Of a stretch of DNA of 64,000 nt, positions 13,531-26,300 are shown one piece after another; position 1 is the first letter of the stretch, and every line of letters starts with the position of its first letter. The notes beneath the pieces were generated by a model. It made no database searches and was not told where the DNA came from. It was given only the letters and a program-made list of their open reading frames with translations. Source of the DNA: Nemertoderma westbladi (lineage: Eukaryota; Animalia; Xenacoelomorpha). Position numbers and translations under genes: made by a program. The DNA is taken from contig JAUCBJ010007482.1 in assembly GCA_032718475.1 (NCBI GenBank), positions 16,943 to 80,942 of the forward strand, written 5' to 3'.

Positions 13531-14795
13531 CTTGACTAACCTGCATAATCTTGTAACATGTGTTAACTATAGTTTATTGTTTTGGTTCTATCTACCCTCC
13601 TATATAGCCTGCTCCTTTATTAAACTGCATAATCTTGTAACATGTGTTAACTATCGTTTATTTTTTTGGTTCTATCTACCCGCCTCTATAACCTGCTTCT
13701 TTACTAACCTGCATAATCTTGTAACATGTGTTAACTATCGTCTATTGATTTGGTTCTATCTACCCTCCTCTTTAACCTGCTCCTTTACTAACCTGCATAA
13801 TCTTGTAACATGTGTTAACTATCGTCTATTGTTTTGGTTCTATCTACCCTCCTCTATAACCTGCTCTTTTATAACCTGCATAATCTTGTAACATGTGTTA
13901 ACTATCGTCTATTGTTTTGGTTCTATCTACCCTCCTCTATAGCCTGCTCCTTTACTAACCTGCACAATCTTGTAACATGTGTTAACTATCGTCTATTGTT
14001 TTGGTTCTATCTGCCCGCCTCTATAACCTGCTTCTTTACTAACCTGCATAATCTTGTAACATGTGTTAACTATCGTTTATTGTTTTGGTTCTATCTACCC
14101 GCCTCTATAACCCGCTCCTTTACTAACCTGCATAATCGTGTAACATGTGTTAACTATCGTCTATTGTTTTGGTTCTATCTACCCTCCTCTATAACCTGCT
14201 TCTTTACTAACCTGCATATTCTTGTAACATGTGTTAACTATCGTTTATTGTTTTGGTTCTATCTACCCTCCTCTATAGCCTGCTCCTTTACTAACCTGCA
14301 CAATCTTGTAACATGTGTTAACTATCGTCTATTGTTTTGGTTCTATCTGCCCGCCTCTATAACCTGCTTCTTTACTAACCTGCATAATCTTGTAACATGT
14401 GTTAACTATCGTTTATTGTTTTGGTTCTATCTACCCTCCTCTATAGCCTGCTCCTTTACTAACCTGCACAATCTTGTAACATGTGTTAACTATCGTTTAT
14501 TGTTTTGGTTCTATCTTCCCGCCTCTATAGCCTGCTCATTTACTAACCTGTATAATTTTGTAACATGTGTTAACTATCGTTTATTGTTTTGGTTCTATCT
14601 ACCCGCCTCTATAACCGGCACCTTTACTAACCTGCATAATCTTGTAACATGTGTTAACTATCGTTTATTGTTTTGGTTCTATCTACCCGCCTCTATAACC
14701 CGCTCCTTTACTAACCTGCATAATCGTGTAACATGTGTTAACTATCGTCTATTGTTTTGGTTCTATCTACCCTCCTCTATAACCTGCTCCTTTAC
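13531..14795. repeat. 84-bp tandem satellite, about 15 copies
   Basis: Unit ACTAACCTGCATAATCTTGTAACATGTGTTAACTATCGTTTATTGTTTTGGTTCTATCTACCCTCCTCTATAACCTGCTCCTTT, repeated head to tail without spacers. Confidence 0.95.
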
Positions 14796-14985
14796 TCCTT
14801 TACTAACGCGTTGTTCAACTGAGCCCTGTCAGAGGAAAGTGCTAGTGACGCTAGTCGGTGGGGTTGACTTGTTGACAAGAGGCTATTATGAGGCATAATG
14901 AGATACGCATTGCGTATCTTCTTCAGTCAACCAATAATGGCCGATCAACAAATAAATACCGATAATCACTAATATAATGGCAGAT

Positions 14986-15490
14986 CCCAAATTCCATATT
15001 CCCAAATACCTTATTCCCAAATCCCAAATACCTTAGTCCCAAATACCTTCCTTATTCCCAAATCCCAAATACTTTATTCCCAAATCCCTTATTCCCAAAT
15101 CCCAAATACCTTAGTCCCATACCTTCCTTATTCCCAAATCCCAAATACTTTATTCCCAAATCCCTTATTCCCAAATCCCAAATACCTTAATCACAAATAC
15201 CTATTCCCAAACCCCCAAATACCTTAGTCCCAAATACCTTCCTTATTCCCAAATCCCAAATACTTTATTCCCAAATCCCTTATTCCCAAATCCCAAATAC
15301 CTTAGTCCCATACCTTCCTTATTCCCAAATCCCAAATACTTTATTCCCAAATCCCTTATTCCCAAATCCCAAATACCTTAGTCCCAAATACCTTCCTTAT
15401 TCCCAAATCCCAAATACTTTATTCCCAAATCCCAAATACCTTAATCACAAATACCTTATTCCCAAACCCCCAAATACCTTATTCCCAAAA
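14986..15490. repeat. Compound minisatellite built from TCCCAAATACCTTAT / TCCCAAA units; smaller block at 16012-16078
   Basis: Repeated TTATTCCCAAATCCCAAATACC with higher-order periodicity. Confidence 0.9.
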
Positions 15491-16129
15491 CTGAACTTTA
15501 TTTACACTTTAAAACATAATATAAAAGGGGGTGGTGGTGGTTGTTGGGGTGGTGCACCCCAACAAAATTCATGAAATTACTTATTCAAACCTTCTCTATA
15601 CACAGACGTTTAAACAATGCCAGGAGTGGTTCCCACAAAGGAACGAATTGATTGACAGTCTTTTATGAACCACATTGCAAGCCGGGCCTATCCAGCTTAT
15701 GTAATTCAGCCCATTAACTCAAGAGGCCAAGCAGCAGACATAGCACATAGGTAGGCCACTTGCCTTCCACGCGGTGTCTCACTCAACCAGAGTAATTACC
15801 CATACCTTACAGGTACAGTAATGCTGAGAATGGCCTTTTGGAGGTCAATCTAACTCAAACCGTGGCGCCAGTATAGAGTTTGAGTTAGTTTGAGCAGGGT
15901 ACGTTATTCTGATTTCTCAAATCTTACCTACCGAAATTATCCGTGGACTATCATTAGTAAAAGGTTTGAGAAATGAAATTCAGACTGAGATAGGGACTGT
16001 ACCTTCCTTGTCAAATCCCAAATACCTTATTCCAAAATCCCTTATTCCCAAATTCCTTAATCCCAAATCCCATATTCCGTATTTGCGTTCAGTTCCCCCC
16101 CCCCCCCCCCCCCCCTGTCTCGTTCATTC

Positions 16130-17680
16130 AACATGTCAGTAACAGCACTGATCCAGGATCAGTCTCTAATCCAGGATCCCCTTCATATGGGTCATAAATT
16201 TTAAATTTTACATTCATCTCATCGATGAGCACAGCAGATCCGTCCACATATTCATATTTCTCACTCTTCCACTTAGCAACTGGAGTTGCAGATGAAGAGC
16301 CACACCACCACTCTTGATTCGAATGTACTCTTCAACACTATCTGATTGGCTTCCGCCATTACCTCATCCAGTAGCTTGGCAAGATACATGTTTCTTGCAT
16401 CATTGCAAACTCGTTCTAATTGGGAAGTGTACTGGTTAATGAAACTTGTAATTTCTGCTGAATTTATAACAAGTTGTTGAAGAGCACTGTATTGCACAGG
16501 TTCTGAGCATTTGTGTAGTATACTTACAACACTCGTTGTTTTTGAGATGGTAACACCCCTAAAAAGTAAGAGTCCAGTTCTACAGCAACACCATGGTAAT
16601 CCTAATGATAATTCAGAAATATGGACTACAGAAACAACTGTATATCATTATAACAACTACAGTATATAGTGTATATTAATAACAACTGTATATCATTATA
16701 ACAACTACAGTATATAGTGTATATTAATAACAACTGTATATAATTATAACAACTACAGTATATAGTGTATATTAATAACAACTGTATATCATTATAACAA
16801 CTATATATAATAACAACTATATATATTAATAAATCTTAACTTACTTAATAACAAACTTATTCAACATAATTCTGACAGACAGATACATCCATCTGCCCAA
16901 GCTAACCTGTAAATTACGTGGTAAAGTTTTAGAGTACACAGTACACTTGATTATTGTCCACGGCCACTTGAATATCTCCAGTTTCTCTGGAACTGTAAGG
17001 TACTTGAACGAACAGCCATATCATCGATCATCTTCTGAATTATTGTTACACTTCCATTTGGACTACCTGCACTACTGTATGTGGCCGCTCGTTGTCGTCA
17101 GTTGTTGCCGAATCAGTCCCTTTGTTGAACTTGCAGTGGTAGACTACTATAATTTATAAGTCTACCCCTTTCGTAACCCGTCAGAAATTTAAGAAAGAAA
17201 TCTGAGTGTTTTAACTTTGATATTTGTCGGCAGAAAATTACCAACCGCTACCCATGGACATGAGCCCCGATTTCCTCCAGCAAGTGAGCTAATCTAGCTT
17301 GCGGGTGAACAGGAATTGTTTCATTTGTAATGTTCTGCGAAAGGGTGTTATCGATCGGGGGGTGCAATTCTTCATTGCTGTTGGGTGAGGGGGCGAACAT
17401 AATAAGGGATGTATTCATTACTAGTAGTGATGGTGAACCCACTCCAGTTTATACAACACTAGTTATTTATAGGTGGTTCTACATTAATAGCATTCACATC
17501 ACAATCCCTCCGGTAAATTGTCTAGTTCTGAGGCGGGACCTGTCCCAAGATTTCTTGCTGGATGGGGACGGGTGGCGCAACTTGGTCAACCAAAGGGGGA
17601 ATGTCAGTATTAGGGGCAGCTGCGACTGGGGGATGTTGGACAAATGGTTCGGTATCGATATCTGATTCAGACATGATGTC
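16130..17680 (-). pseudogene. Decayed, apparently spliced coding relic of unknown identity
   Basis: Protein-like frames (SEPVQYSALQQLVINSAEITSFINQY...; KWKSEKYEYVDGSAVLIDEMNVKFKIYDPY) joined by a frameshift. TTTTAG acceptor near 16560 and a small CAG|...|GTAAG exon near 16846-16906. In-frame stops. Confidence 0.3.
16634..16830. repeat. 48-bp tandem repeat, 3-4 copies
   Basis: AACAACTGTATATCATTATAACAACTACAGTATATAGTGTATATTAAT repeated. Confidence 0.9.
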
Positions 17681-18894
17681 AAGTTAATGTAATCTCTTCA
17701 CAAATAGTATGTCGTAACACACAAGAGGTTTCAACTAAGTATTTATTCTGCAAAGTAAATAATTAATCACTAAAGGAGTTATTCTATTTGCGCCACCTAG
17801 AGAATGAATAAGTTGACTATTATATTAAGGATACAATATTCTCTGCTCCCGCTGGGTGGCATTATTTCTAATAAATTAAGAAGCGCCTTGCAAAGAAAAC
17901 GGGAATAATAAGTATCCTCAAAGTAGTTTTACAATTCTTGTTTCACCGCTAGTAGTCGCTGTCTACCATAATCCCAGTAAATGCCGTCCGCTACTGTCTA
18001 TTCAGTGATGCTATTCAAGAACGTTGGTAGGGACTACCATTCAATAGAAAGGAGTGGGATCGGAATTCCACGAACTGGGCAAGCAATTAGGCCACACAAA
18101 GCCAATGGGTATGAGGAATGTCGAACCCCTACTGTATGCTACTATTACATCTCAACACTCAATAGGAGTAAACAGCACTAATAATGACAGGGGAATTTTG
18201 TATGTCGCGACTAGGTAAGTCAAACAAAGGAGTTTAGTCTTGTGATTTATAGTAAGTAGATAGCTGAGTTGAAGCCGCTTGGCGACAAACTGTCTGGAAC
18301 TGTATGTCGCTGTGTGGTGAGATGTGAATTGCCCTGGGGTGGGATTAAATTGCGAGTCGCAATAAATCACTAGTACCTGATTAATGTGCAAGGTTTGTTT
18401 ATTAATCCTAAGCAAAGAAAGGTGCAATGGCACGAAAAAAGGTATACCGTTATACACGACGTTATATTGAACTTAGATATTAGCTATTATAATAAATTGA
18501 GCTATTACTGTATAAAAAAAGTAGGTCCTTCCTAAATTTCAGAATATTATTATATTGTTATATAATAAAAACTATTTACATACGGTAAAATTGCACATCA
18601 GTAAAATTGTAATATAATAAATGATATACAATACTTTGTGTAGTATTTTGCTGATCAGAGTGGCCTGTAACACAAGTAAGTTACTTAGTTGTTACACGAA
18701 CGAACATTGGTAGTGGGTGTAAATTAAGCCACAAAACTGTAAAGTTATGGGATCAAACACTGAAAAGTTATGTAGCCTACAGGTTACTCAGTAACATGCG
18801 CTCTCTCTTTTGATGTTCATAAAGAGAGAGTGTAATATTATGGGTTTGTTCAGAAGTGGAAAAAATGAGAAAGCGCATCACCGGGGGTTGAACC

Positions 18895-18940
18895 AGCGCT
18901 ATACGCACGTTTCGGCCTAACAGGCCTCATCAGTAGCGCT
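18895..18940 (-). ncRNA. Minimal type I hammerhead ribozyme
   Basis: Minus strand reads AGCGCTA CTGATGA GGCCT GTT AGGCC GAA AC GTGC GT A TAGCGCT: complete catalytic core, 7-bp stem I, 5-bp stem II, short stem III, GUA cleavage triplet. Confidence 0.85.
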
Positions 18941-19149
18941 AACCAGCTCAGCCACTAGCCCCTGACACTCGCAGTCCCACCTAATCCACTTCTATTGAAC
19001 GGGCAGTCTTAAGTTGCAAATATTCTATCTCTAACAGCGGACCTAACGGTCTCAAGTATGCTAGAGTGAAACAGGAGGGAAGTACAAATAAATAAATATT
19101 CAGCTCGGTATTGCTGCCAGGTGATATTAATTAAATAAATAAAATAGCT

Positions 19150-19842
19150 TCTTTCCCCACAGCGATGTTCCGATCTACTTGCCCATCTGGTGCTCCATGT
19201 TCGGTGGTAAAATATCGGTGGCAAACTGGGCACCGCCACTTCCCCTTTATAGCTACATTTGGCCCCAAACCAAATTATATCAATTTCGTTTCGGCTCTAA
19301 GCATTCTTGCCGCTAAAATACTACTGTCTTTCTGAGCCTGATGGTGGTGTCGTTGGTAATTCTTCAATGCCCTCTGTGAGTACAGCTGGGGCGATATTTA
19401 CCTCAGGGACAGGTGGTTCACGATGAAAGGCTGTTGTAGCAGCTCTTGATGTCCCCTGGACACGAGTTACCCGAAGTCATTGATCTATGTCAGCGGAATG
19501 TTTATTCTCAGTTCCATAATTAGACGCCAGGCTTTGCTTCTTCTGCCTGTCAAGTAACCAGTTCTTTGCTAAAGCAGAAGAAACTGGAAACAAGGTAGTC
19601 GGAACCTTGTCTCTTATGGCAGCCTGGGTACATTCTTCAAAAGTCTTTTGGTACATTGACATAGACTTATCGACCATGGCTCTACCTGATACAGTTGCCG
19701 GAATAGATTGACATATACTAAGCCATATTTCCTCCATTTGGTGGAAATTTGGTGGAGTCGTTTGACCAGTACCAACCCGATTCCGGCTCTGCTGTACATT
19801 TCTCATTGAGGCCTTGCCGACAGCGACTGGCGCAGGATCCAT
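19150..19842 (-). pseudogene. Coding relic, possibly the C-terminal part of a DNA-transposon protein
   Basis: ORF 19477..19842 has natural protein composition (EEIWLSICQSIP...TTLFPVSSALAKNWLLDRQKKQ). Downstream broken frames give ECLEPK...GKWRCPVCH. Family not identified. Confidence 0.3.
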
Positions 19843-19959
19843 CTGCCACTTAAATGTTGGAGGTGGAGGGGTGGGGGGGGGGGGGGGGTTCCTGTAGGTA
19901 GTAATGTGATTGTAGGGACACTAATAGGTGTGGTTTGTACATTAGGTGACAGGTCACTG

Positions 19960-20135
19960 TGAGTAATTTGTACAGTAGGTGTCTCACCAGTAGTTGTTTG
20001 TACAGTACAGTATGTGTTTCGTCAGTTTTTTTTATATAGTTGGTGTTTCGCCAGTGTAGTTGTTTGTACAGTAGGTGTTTTGTCAGTAATTGTTTGTAAA
20101 GTTGGTGTTTCGTCAGTAGTTGTTTGTATAGTTGA
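19960..20135. repeat. Degenerate ~30-35-bp tandem repeat
   Basis: Variants of GTAGTTGTTTGTACAGTAGGTGTTTCGTCA. Confidence 0.75.
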
Positions 20136-22789
20136 CGCAACTTTTATAACTAACTTGTATTTATGACACATTGATGACTCATTGCTGGGTCTGCTGTGAT
20201 AAGTCAAATGTATACAGAGTACAGCAGGGTGGCAGGCTGGTAATCAATAACCAAGCCTTGACCTGGTGGCACCTATTACCAGTACAAGTAAACCACATAA
20301 TGGACTCTATAGTATGTGCTTGGCTTCCCAGAGAGAGATAGACACTGGTTGGATATGTACAATACAAGGCCGCTGTCCACTGCGTCAAGATACAATGAAG
20401 CAAGTTCTATGCAGCTATGCTTAGATGGAGGGTCACATGCTTTATGATAATATACACCACACAACTCATTATTTACTTGTTTGTTTGATTTAAACAAGAA
20501 TGCAAATTTGAAATATTAAAAAGGAGCATTCACATATTTTTCGTTAATTTTTTTCCGTAATGAAATACTTAGTTACGTCTGAATTTATTATTAATTCATA
20601 GTACAATCCATTCTCAGCATCCAGAAAGTTTTCAACTACAAACAGTTTATGAATTCTAAATTAGCCAATCACAGGCCTCGGTTACTAAGTTGGATTCAAG
20701 ATGGAATTCCCTAGCTAGCTAAGTAGAACAACCAATCAAACGTGTCTCTGCCTGGGACGTACCTTAGCCCTCTGCCTAGGACGGACCTCTTAGCCTAGGA
20801 CGCACCTAGGATGCACCTCAGGGCCAACTGTTTTTGGGCTGAGCTACGTCAACCAGTGGGAGTAATAGGAGTAATTATGTACACTAGAAGATTATAAAAT
20901 CTGGTTTGTCTTAGAAGGTAATATCTAAGTCTCATAATATCTCGAGAACCAGAGAAGCTATTGTAAAACGGTTTTAATTATCGAAATCAGCGAAGAATTT
21001 TGATTTAGTAGCAATTAAAAAAAATTGTCAATTTTTTGAACCTGGAACGATACATTCCCCTTAAGCAAATAATAGCAGCAGCCTAGCAGAATATCAATAA
21101 AATAACGGATAAATATAATTCAATTATTAACAATTAGACTTAGACATTAGACCAGGACATGTAATATTTGCCAGTCATTAAAACATGACTAGCTCATTAA
21201 AGCCCTGCTGTAAGGTGTAATTTTACTGCAGCGCAACATGTACACTGTGAGCCAGCATCCAACCAACCAAGCTATATACAGTCGGGGTCTCAAAGTGCAT
21301 CTGTTCTTTGAGATTTTCTCAAAGTTTTTCTAAAAGTGTCTAAAAGTCATTACATTACTCCCAACGGCCGCTTTGAATTCTTGTAGACACTTTTAGTTGG
21401 GAATCTCAAAGTGATTTCCTGCTTTTAGGCACTTTGAATTCTTTTAGAAATGTCACTTTTAGGCAGTTAGAGGCACTTTGAATTCTTTGAGAAAATAAAC
21501 TCCGAGGTATTCGTGATTGACAGCTCGTGGTAAGTTAACTGAGAGGCAGAGGCATTCTCGGGGAACAATATCTAGTGGGCAACAATGTGATACTTGTGGA
21601 CTGGCCAGTTGTTGCCTAGAAGCTATTCCCATTAATTTATCACATTGAGATTCCTGAGGTGATTATGGGATGGGTTTTCGGTCGCAAGTACAAATTGAAT
21701 TTACGGCGCCCTTTGACAAGCATTCTACGCCCCTACCCCCCCCCCCCCCCCACCCTCCCCTTCTATTTGGAAATAAAGACCATTTAAAAAAGTCTTTCTA
21801 AAAAACATTCTTAAAAATCTAATAATACATGAAACATAATTAGTGTAACAAGATTAAATGCTTGACAAAATTGAGTAATTTAATAATAACATAATACAAT
21901 ATAATATTAACAATTAATGTAAGAGACACTGCACTGTAGTATCTCTGTGTATACGCAGTTTCATTATAATGACCTGAAGAAGCCCTGTTTGGAGAAAGCT
22001 TGTAATAACTTTTGTCATTCATTTCATTAGTCATCTGAGGTCAACCCGTACTACCTTAATTAACTGTTTAATTAATATGATAACTATGTTGACGAGAGCG
22101 CGAGAATTCCTTCTTAAAAACGAAACGAAGAAAGGCTTTCAACTTTCAAGTACGATAGAACGGCTACACTCTTGTGTTGTTTTAACTTAATAGGATATTA
22201 AAATAATCCCCTGCCCCTGGCGTTTATATTTGAGCATATTTTAAATGTTTGCCTGATATTCAATTGATGTGTACCGCCTTCTGGCAAAGCGGCACCCAGT
22301 TTAAGCTATCAATCACAGCTAGCGAGTAGCGACCCACGGACGGCGACCTTCAAACAAACAGGTGCAGAGCCGGAAAGAACTGTCGTAGGCTTTGCTTGGC
22401 TTGTGGTACCAATTGATTACATAATAGATTTTGGCAGACTGGGCGGTCGCTCTGACCATATGTATTGCGCACCAACAATGCCTAAAACATCTATGGGAAC
22501 AGCCAATTAGTGAGCTCGTATCATTTCTATTTATTCCTGCCTCCATCTTTATTCTTTACTTTGTATAACACAATTTACAGTGCGGCAAAGAAGGGCTTGT
22601 TGACCATTGAAATGCATTGGTAAAGGAATTCGGCGTTCACATTCCTGAGGCCCTGTGGGCTAAACAAATTTAAACAGTACTATACATTAATATAGATAGG
22701 GCAACAGACAAACTGTCTAAGACACAAATACCAACACATTCCGATAGGCCGCAATTATGGCATCTCTAAAAAGTCAAAATATTAATTAA

Positions 22790-23155
22790 TAAAGCCTCTC
22801 TGAAACAATAAAAACACCTACAAAAAAATACTGCAGTAATAAATATTAGTTACTGCAGTAACAAATATTTATTACTGCAGTAATAAATATTTATTACTGC
22901 AGTAATAAATATTTATTACGGCAGCAACAAATATTTATTACTGCAGTAACAAATATTTATTACTGCAGTAATCAATATTAATAAATTAATAAATAATTGA
23001 ATAAAAATTTCTACTGCGGTAACAAATGATTTGTTACTGCAGAAAAAGAAAATTTTTTATTACTGCAGTAATAATTAATTCTTACTTTCAGTGACAAATA
23101 TTTATTACTGCAGTATTTTTTGGAGGCATATTTATTGTTTTATAGAGGTTTTTTT
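22790..23155. repeat. Foldback array of ~21-bp palindromic units
   Basis: Tandem TTACTGCAGTAATAAATATTT units inside inverted ends AAACAATAAA..CC..CAAAAAATACTGCAG / CTGCAGTATTTTTTGGAGG..TTTATTGTTT. Confidence 0.8.
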
Positions 23156-23334
23156 ACTTCTATTTTACCCTTTAGTAGTCAAAGTCAATATACCCCATAT
23201 CATTGCCAGTCTCAGGCAGGACTGTATGAAATGACTGACAGTACTACTTTGAAATCTTTGAGGACACTTTGTCATGTTCTTGGACTACTTTTAGAACTTT
23301 GAAACACTTTTAGTTCTTTGAGAAAATCTCAAAG

Positions 23335-26300
23335 TGTTAGTGTCCCAATGTTGCAATGGCGTATTGATAAATAAACAACAAAGGTGCAATAGGTAGATAT
23401 TATATTGCTAAGTTTGATTACAGTTTATTATAGTTATAAAGACACCAGACGAAGGGTTCAGCCCAACTGCCGTACCTATATTCCTACAATACTGAATCAA
23501 CTGTCTGACAGTAGATCATACCTACTGCAGAACACACGACTGCACAACTACGTACAAGATCACTGAAACATATATATTAACTGATATCCCTATTTTCAGT
23601 CTTTACCCAATCAGGCCTAGCCAAGCTAGATACTGTAAAGTATAAACCCGAGTCTAACAACTTCCCACCTTTTCTGTCCAGTGTCGTAATAAAAACCTTT
23701 CAACAATAGTATGGTTATGATAATCAAATTAGTTAGAACGTATCCAAAAAAACATCCTACAGTTCAAACAATAATCCTCAAGCCCACCATTAAAATTTAG
23801 ATGGCAATTAAATCAGTTATAATGTAGCCATAAAATCATCCTTCGTAACTTTCCTTATACTCTTCTTCGTCATAATATCAGCCAGGTTATGAGCTGAAGT
23901 AACCAACTGTAATTCCCACTCTTTCCTCATTAGTCCGTCGCGAATTAACGAGAAATCAATGCGTAGTCTCATCTCTGTTGGAGCTCCCTTTTGACCAACT
24001 ACAGAGTCATATAGTGATTTATTATCAATTACTGCTTTTACAACTGGTTTCTTCCCAAGGATAGATTTAATGATTTCTGCAATATGAACAGCAGCATCTA
24101 AAGAATCCACAAGCTGTATCGTTTCAGCCCCCAAAGCACTTCTCGCAACCCTCTATAACTTTGCAGATTTCCAGCTAACAATATTTCCTCCCCAGTAGAT
24201 AACAAAACCACCCCAGCTAGGAAGATCAAATGAAGCATCAGAATAAACTTCAAGTAGTGCAATTTCATGATCATTTAAGGACTGTAAATTAATTGAAACT
24301 TGCTGATGTTTCAGATAACGAACAAGTTTATTGACATCATTCTGAACTGCTGTTGTAATTGGTGCATGCGCTAGAGTTGACAGGCTCCCAACCCAGAATG
24401 CAGCATCAGGTCGAATTGATGTAGTAGCCCATGCTATCTTCCCAATTATCTTCCTGAAAGATGTATTATCATTTTTCTCAATATCCACTTGAAGTTCATG
24501 AATTCCATCAATGTATTTGTATTGTTGTAGCTCAACACTTCCATCTTTAAATCTTACCTCTATCCCTAACACCTTAATCCACTCCTCATTCAGAGATATC
24601 TGCCTTCCAATTGTTAAAGTATTTCCAATATCATGCAAAACAGATAGAAAATGATCATTACCAGCTGCAATAATATCATCAACATGAATTGTAACTAGCC
24701 CTATTACGGATCTATTGGTCTCTGCTGTAAAAATAAACAAGCCATCATCACCAGGGCATACCGTACCACCACGGTTTACAATCTCCTCTGACAGTTTTTC
24801 ATACCACAACCGTGGTGCATCTGGCAGACCATAAACACACTTCCTCAGCTTCCTTATGTAACCAGGATTAATAAGATCATCTGGGAGGACTACATAAATA
24901 TCACGATTAAGAGGTTTCCCCTGAAGGAATGCAGTTTTCATGTCAAGATATTCAGGGCACCACTTATAAGTAGCCGCTATTATGAATAAAATACGTAATG
25001 ACAGTTTTGAACAAGTTGGAGAATATGATATTGGGTCATCGCTATCTTGAAACCCACGTGCTACCAACCTAGCTTTACAATATTGTCCATTTGGGCCATC
25101 TTTCAATGTTAGAACCCACTTAGTGGATATAATATTATTATTTGTAGCATCACCAATTGGAATTTCATCAAATACATCATGTAAACGCCACTGATGAACT
25201 TCCTGTAACCTTGCTTCTCTGTAGGAATCAACTTTATGTTCTGTTTCATTCCCTGGAGAATTAGCATCCATTGAAGATAGTTGGGCCTCATGTAAATAAT
25301 CAGGCATTGAACCATCATTAATCCTATTACGAAGAGGATAGGACTTTGTAATTGGTCCAGTAGAAACTGGATTACTATTATCATTAGAAGAATCATTTGG
25401 TGACTCTTGGTGTAGATCATCAGTGTGAGTATCATTATACTCACTACCAGTATCAGTATCATCAACAGCAGGTTGTACTTCAGCCGCAGGGATATTGGTT
25501 AGTTTCTTAGTATCGCTATCAGTACTGGTGGCTGGTGGAACTAATACAATAGGGCGAACAAAATTCCTATGACAACGTAGATACTGACCACTTTGTTTTA
25601 TCAGATACTCAACTCCATCAAATGCAGCAACAGAACCAGGACCTTTCCACTGATGTGTTCTATTGGAATAATAGTACACCTTATCACCAGGAGAGCTAGA
25701 AACAACTGATTGACGAACATTGTGTACTAATGCACGACGTATTTTAGATGATGCCTCAACTGTTGCATATTCCTGTCGGAACTCGATTCAATATAGCCAG
25801 GTAATCCTCTACTGTATGAGCAGAAGTACAACTCTGATCCAAAGCAGACAACCGATCTGTTAATAGGCTATTTAAGTAGGGTCCTTTACCAAATACAATG
25901 TGATGTGGAGAATACCCATTATGGTTGGGCCAAGAATTCTTTGCTAGACAAACAAGTCGTAGCAACTTACTATCCCCTAATGTTGGATCATCCAACTTCA
26001 TCTTCTCATATATTGATTTAATGACTGCATTATGACGTTCTACTATACCATTCGAAAATGGGCAATATGGTACAGTAGTATTATGTTGAATATTAAGTTT
26101 CTCACAAAGTTCAGAGAAGACCTGATTTACAAATTCACCCCCATTATCTGATAAGATTTTTCTAGGTTGGGCAAAAATCATAATCCAGATATCCAACAAA
26201 GTATCCTCAATAGCTACAGCTGTTTTGTTAATGACTGGACTTGCCATACTATATCTGCTAAACATGTCAATAACATGCAATGCCCAGTGACATGAATCAG

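Noticed and set aside
13532-14898. 119-aa and 354-aa ORFs with 28-aa Cys/Trp repeats; also considered as a CRISPR array
   Set aside because: Translation of an 84-bp satellite. Non-ATG starts, a frame-breaking unit, and no unique spacers or cas genes.
20516-21064. Possible Kolobok-like MITE ending CCCCTTAA
   Set aside because: No convincing matching left TIR found.
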